Assembly (NCBI RefSeq): GCF_963921235.1
Contig: NC_086097.1
Location: 54,438,001 to 54,502,000 of the forward strand
Direction of reading: 5' to 3'
Source of the DNA: Mobula hypostoma
Lineage: Eukaryota
DNA: 64,000 bases
Shown here: positions 61,791-64,000 of the stretch, one piece after another
How the letters are laid out: each line of letters opens with the position of its first letter
Position numbering within the stretch: position 1 is the first letter of the stretch
The notes under the pieces: generated by a model
The model's input: only the letters and a program-made list of their open reading frames with translations
The model's database searches: none
Told to the model about the DNA's origin: nothing
Made by a program: the position numbers and the translations under genes

Positions 61791-63520
61791 AGAATCAGGA
61801 TCAGGCTTCTTATCACTGGCAGGTGTCATGAAATTTGTTAACTTAGCAGCAGTAGTTCAATGCAATACATGAAAATATAGAAAGAAAAAAAATAGGTAAA
61901 TCAGTTACATTAAGCATGTACATCTATGTATATTAAATCGTGAGATTAAAAATAGTGCAAGTCGGAAATAATATATTTTTTTAAAAGTGAGGTAGTGTTC
62001 ATGGGTTTAATGTCTATTTTGGAATCGGGTGACAGGGGGAAGAAGCTGATTCTGAACCACACTGTGTGTGCCTTCAGGCTTCTGTACCTCCTTCCTGATG
62101 GTAACAACGAGAAGAGGGCATGTCTTGAGTCATGGGGCCCTTATTAATGGATGCTGCCTTTCTGAGGCACCACTCCTTGAAGGTGTCTTGGATTATATGG
62201 AGCCTAGTACCCAAGATGGAGCTAACTAATTTTACAACTTTCTGTAATTTCTTTTGGTCTTGTGCAGTAGCCCCCTGCCCCCCAAATACCACACGGTGAT
62301 GCAGCATGTCAGAATGGTTCTATACATGTATAGAAGTTTTTGGGTGTTTTAGTTGACAAACCAAATCTCTTCAAATTCTTTATGAAATATAGCCACTGTC
62401 TTGTGTTCTTTATAGCTGCATTGATATGTTGAGACCAGATTAGATCCTCTGAGATCTTGACACCCAGGAACTTGAAATTACTCTCTCTCCTCAATTCTGA
62501 TCCTTCTGAGGACTGGTTCGTGTTCCCTCGTCTTACCCTCCCTGAAGTCCACAATCAGTTCCTTTGTCTTACTAACTTTGAGTGTAAGGTTGTTGCTGCA
62601 ACACCACTCAACCAGCTGGTATATCTCACTCCTGTACGCCTTCTCATCTTTATCTGTGATTCTACCAACAATGGTTGTATCATCAGCAAGTTGATGGATG
62701 GCATTTGAGCTATGCCTAGTGACATAGTCATGGGTGTAGAGGGAGTAAAGCAGTGGGCTAAGCACACACCCATGAGATGCACCAGTGTTAATTGTCAGTG
62801 AGGAGGAGATATTATCAGCAATCCATGCAGATTGTATTCTTCCAGTTAGGAAGTCAAAGGATCTAATTGCAGAGGAAGGTACAGAGGCCCAGGTTCTGTA
62901 GCTTATTGATCAGGACTGTGAGAATGCTGATGTTAAATACTGAGCTATTGTCATCGAACAGCATCCTGACGTAGGTGTTTGTATTATCGAGGTGATCTAA
63001 GGCCGTGTGAAGAGCCATTGAGATTGTGTCTGCCGTAGACCTATTGTGGTGACAGGCAAATTGCAGTGCGTCCCGGTCCTCGCTGAGGCAGGAGTTCATT
63101 CTAGCCATGACCCTCTCAAACCATTTAATCACCGTAGATGTGAGTGCATTGGACAGTAGTCGTTAAAGCATCTCACATTACTCTTCTTAGGCACTGGTAT
63201 AATCGGTGCTTTTGATTTGGGAATGTACAGCAAGTTTTCATAGGCACACATTCTTCCAAACAGGTTTTAATGAAGTTGGTAACAACTGCAGCATTCTCAT
63301 CCAGATTGGAAGATGAATCCCTGAATACAATCTAGTCCACCAATTCAAAGCAGTCCTGTAAACACTCTTGTGCTTCCTTTGTCCATACCTCCTTGGTCCT
63401 CACTACTGGTGCTGCAAGTCTCCAATTTCTGCCTGTACTCAGGGATAGAAGTACAGCCAGGTGATCAGACTTTCTGAAGTGTGGGTGTGGAATAGCAAGG
63501 TAGGCACTCTTGATCTTAGA
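61790..63520 (-). mobile_element. Rex1/Babar LINE with internal deletions
   Basis: PHFRKSDHLAVLL, QFACHHNRSTADTISMALHTALDHLD, LSPLLYSLYTHD..LADDTTIVG; tail tcagaatcaggatcagg. Confidence 0.9.
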
Positions 63521-64000
63521 GTAACAGTGATACAGTGTGGTGTTTCCTCTGGTACTACTAGGTATGTTGAGTACAACATACTCTGGTATGTTGGCTGCTT
63601 TCCTGAGAGAACAGAAAGCATAGACAGTGAGTAGAGGGTAGCTGGTTTTCATGATGGACTGGACTACATACACAACTCTCAGCAATTTATTGCAGTTGTG
63701 GATAGAACAGTTTCCATAGCAAGCTGTGATGCATCCGGGCATGATGCTTTCTGTGGTGTTTTTCTCAAAATGGGTGAGAGTCATTGGGGGCAGATTGAAT
63801 TGCTGAGGAAGTAGAAGCACAGGTGTGCTTTCTTGGGCCTAGTCTCCATGCTGCTGGACTAGGAAAAATTCTTGGTGATATTTATACCTAGAAACATGAA
63901 GCTTTCAACCATCTTCACCTGACTGATACAGATAAGGGCATGTACTCCACTATGCTTCATGAAAACAATGACCAGCTGTTTTGTTTTTGTGGCATTGAAG
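63521..64000 (-). mobile_element. Separate Rex-type LINE fragment running off the window
   Basis: TTESIMPGCITACYGNCS..KLLRVV..RKAANI. Confidence 0.7.

Noticed and set aside
1..64000. CRISPR arrays, rRNA or prokaryotic systems
   Set aside because: No regularly spaced direct repeats or operon-like ORFs; the window is vertebrate intronic DNA.

Overview
Vertebrate genomic DNA, most likely from a cartilaginous fish (ray/shark). That assignment is an inference from the repeat content (V-SINE/HE1-like SINEs, CR1 LINEs with an SGNH-esterase ORF1, abundant Rex1/Babar and Penelope-like relics) and from the amniote-like SAMD4A protein. The window lies inside the SAMD4A (Smaug1) gene on the + strand. 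Two internal coding exons are present (47902-48417 and 59310-59573, both phase 1-1 with canonical AG/GT); the rest is intron packed with nested transposons: CR1, Rex1/Babar, Tx1, L2-like LINEs, Penelope-like elements carrying minimal hammerhead-ribozyme motifs, tRNA-derived SINEs, a solo LTR, and Tigger- and Tc1-derived non-autonomous elements. The most notable observation is a decayed Gypsy LTR retrotransposon (~23734-25400, - strand). Most of its pol is replaced by an intronless, co-oriented, poly(A)-less fragment of RBM25 mRNA (RRM region), which looks like LTR-mediated capture of a host transcript. Also notable: a perfect 21-bp-stem 71-nt hairpin, a 91-bp locally templated insertion, and inverted CR1 copies flanking the exon that forms circSAMD4A in mammals. 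Boundaries of old repeats without a stated TSD are approximate (tens of bp), and family names come from recognised motifs, not database searches.
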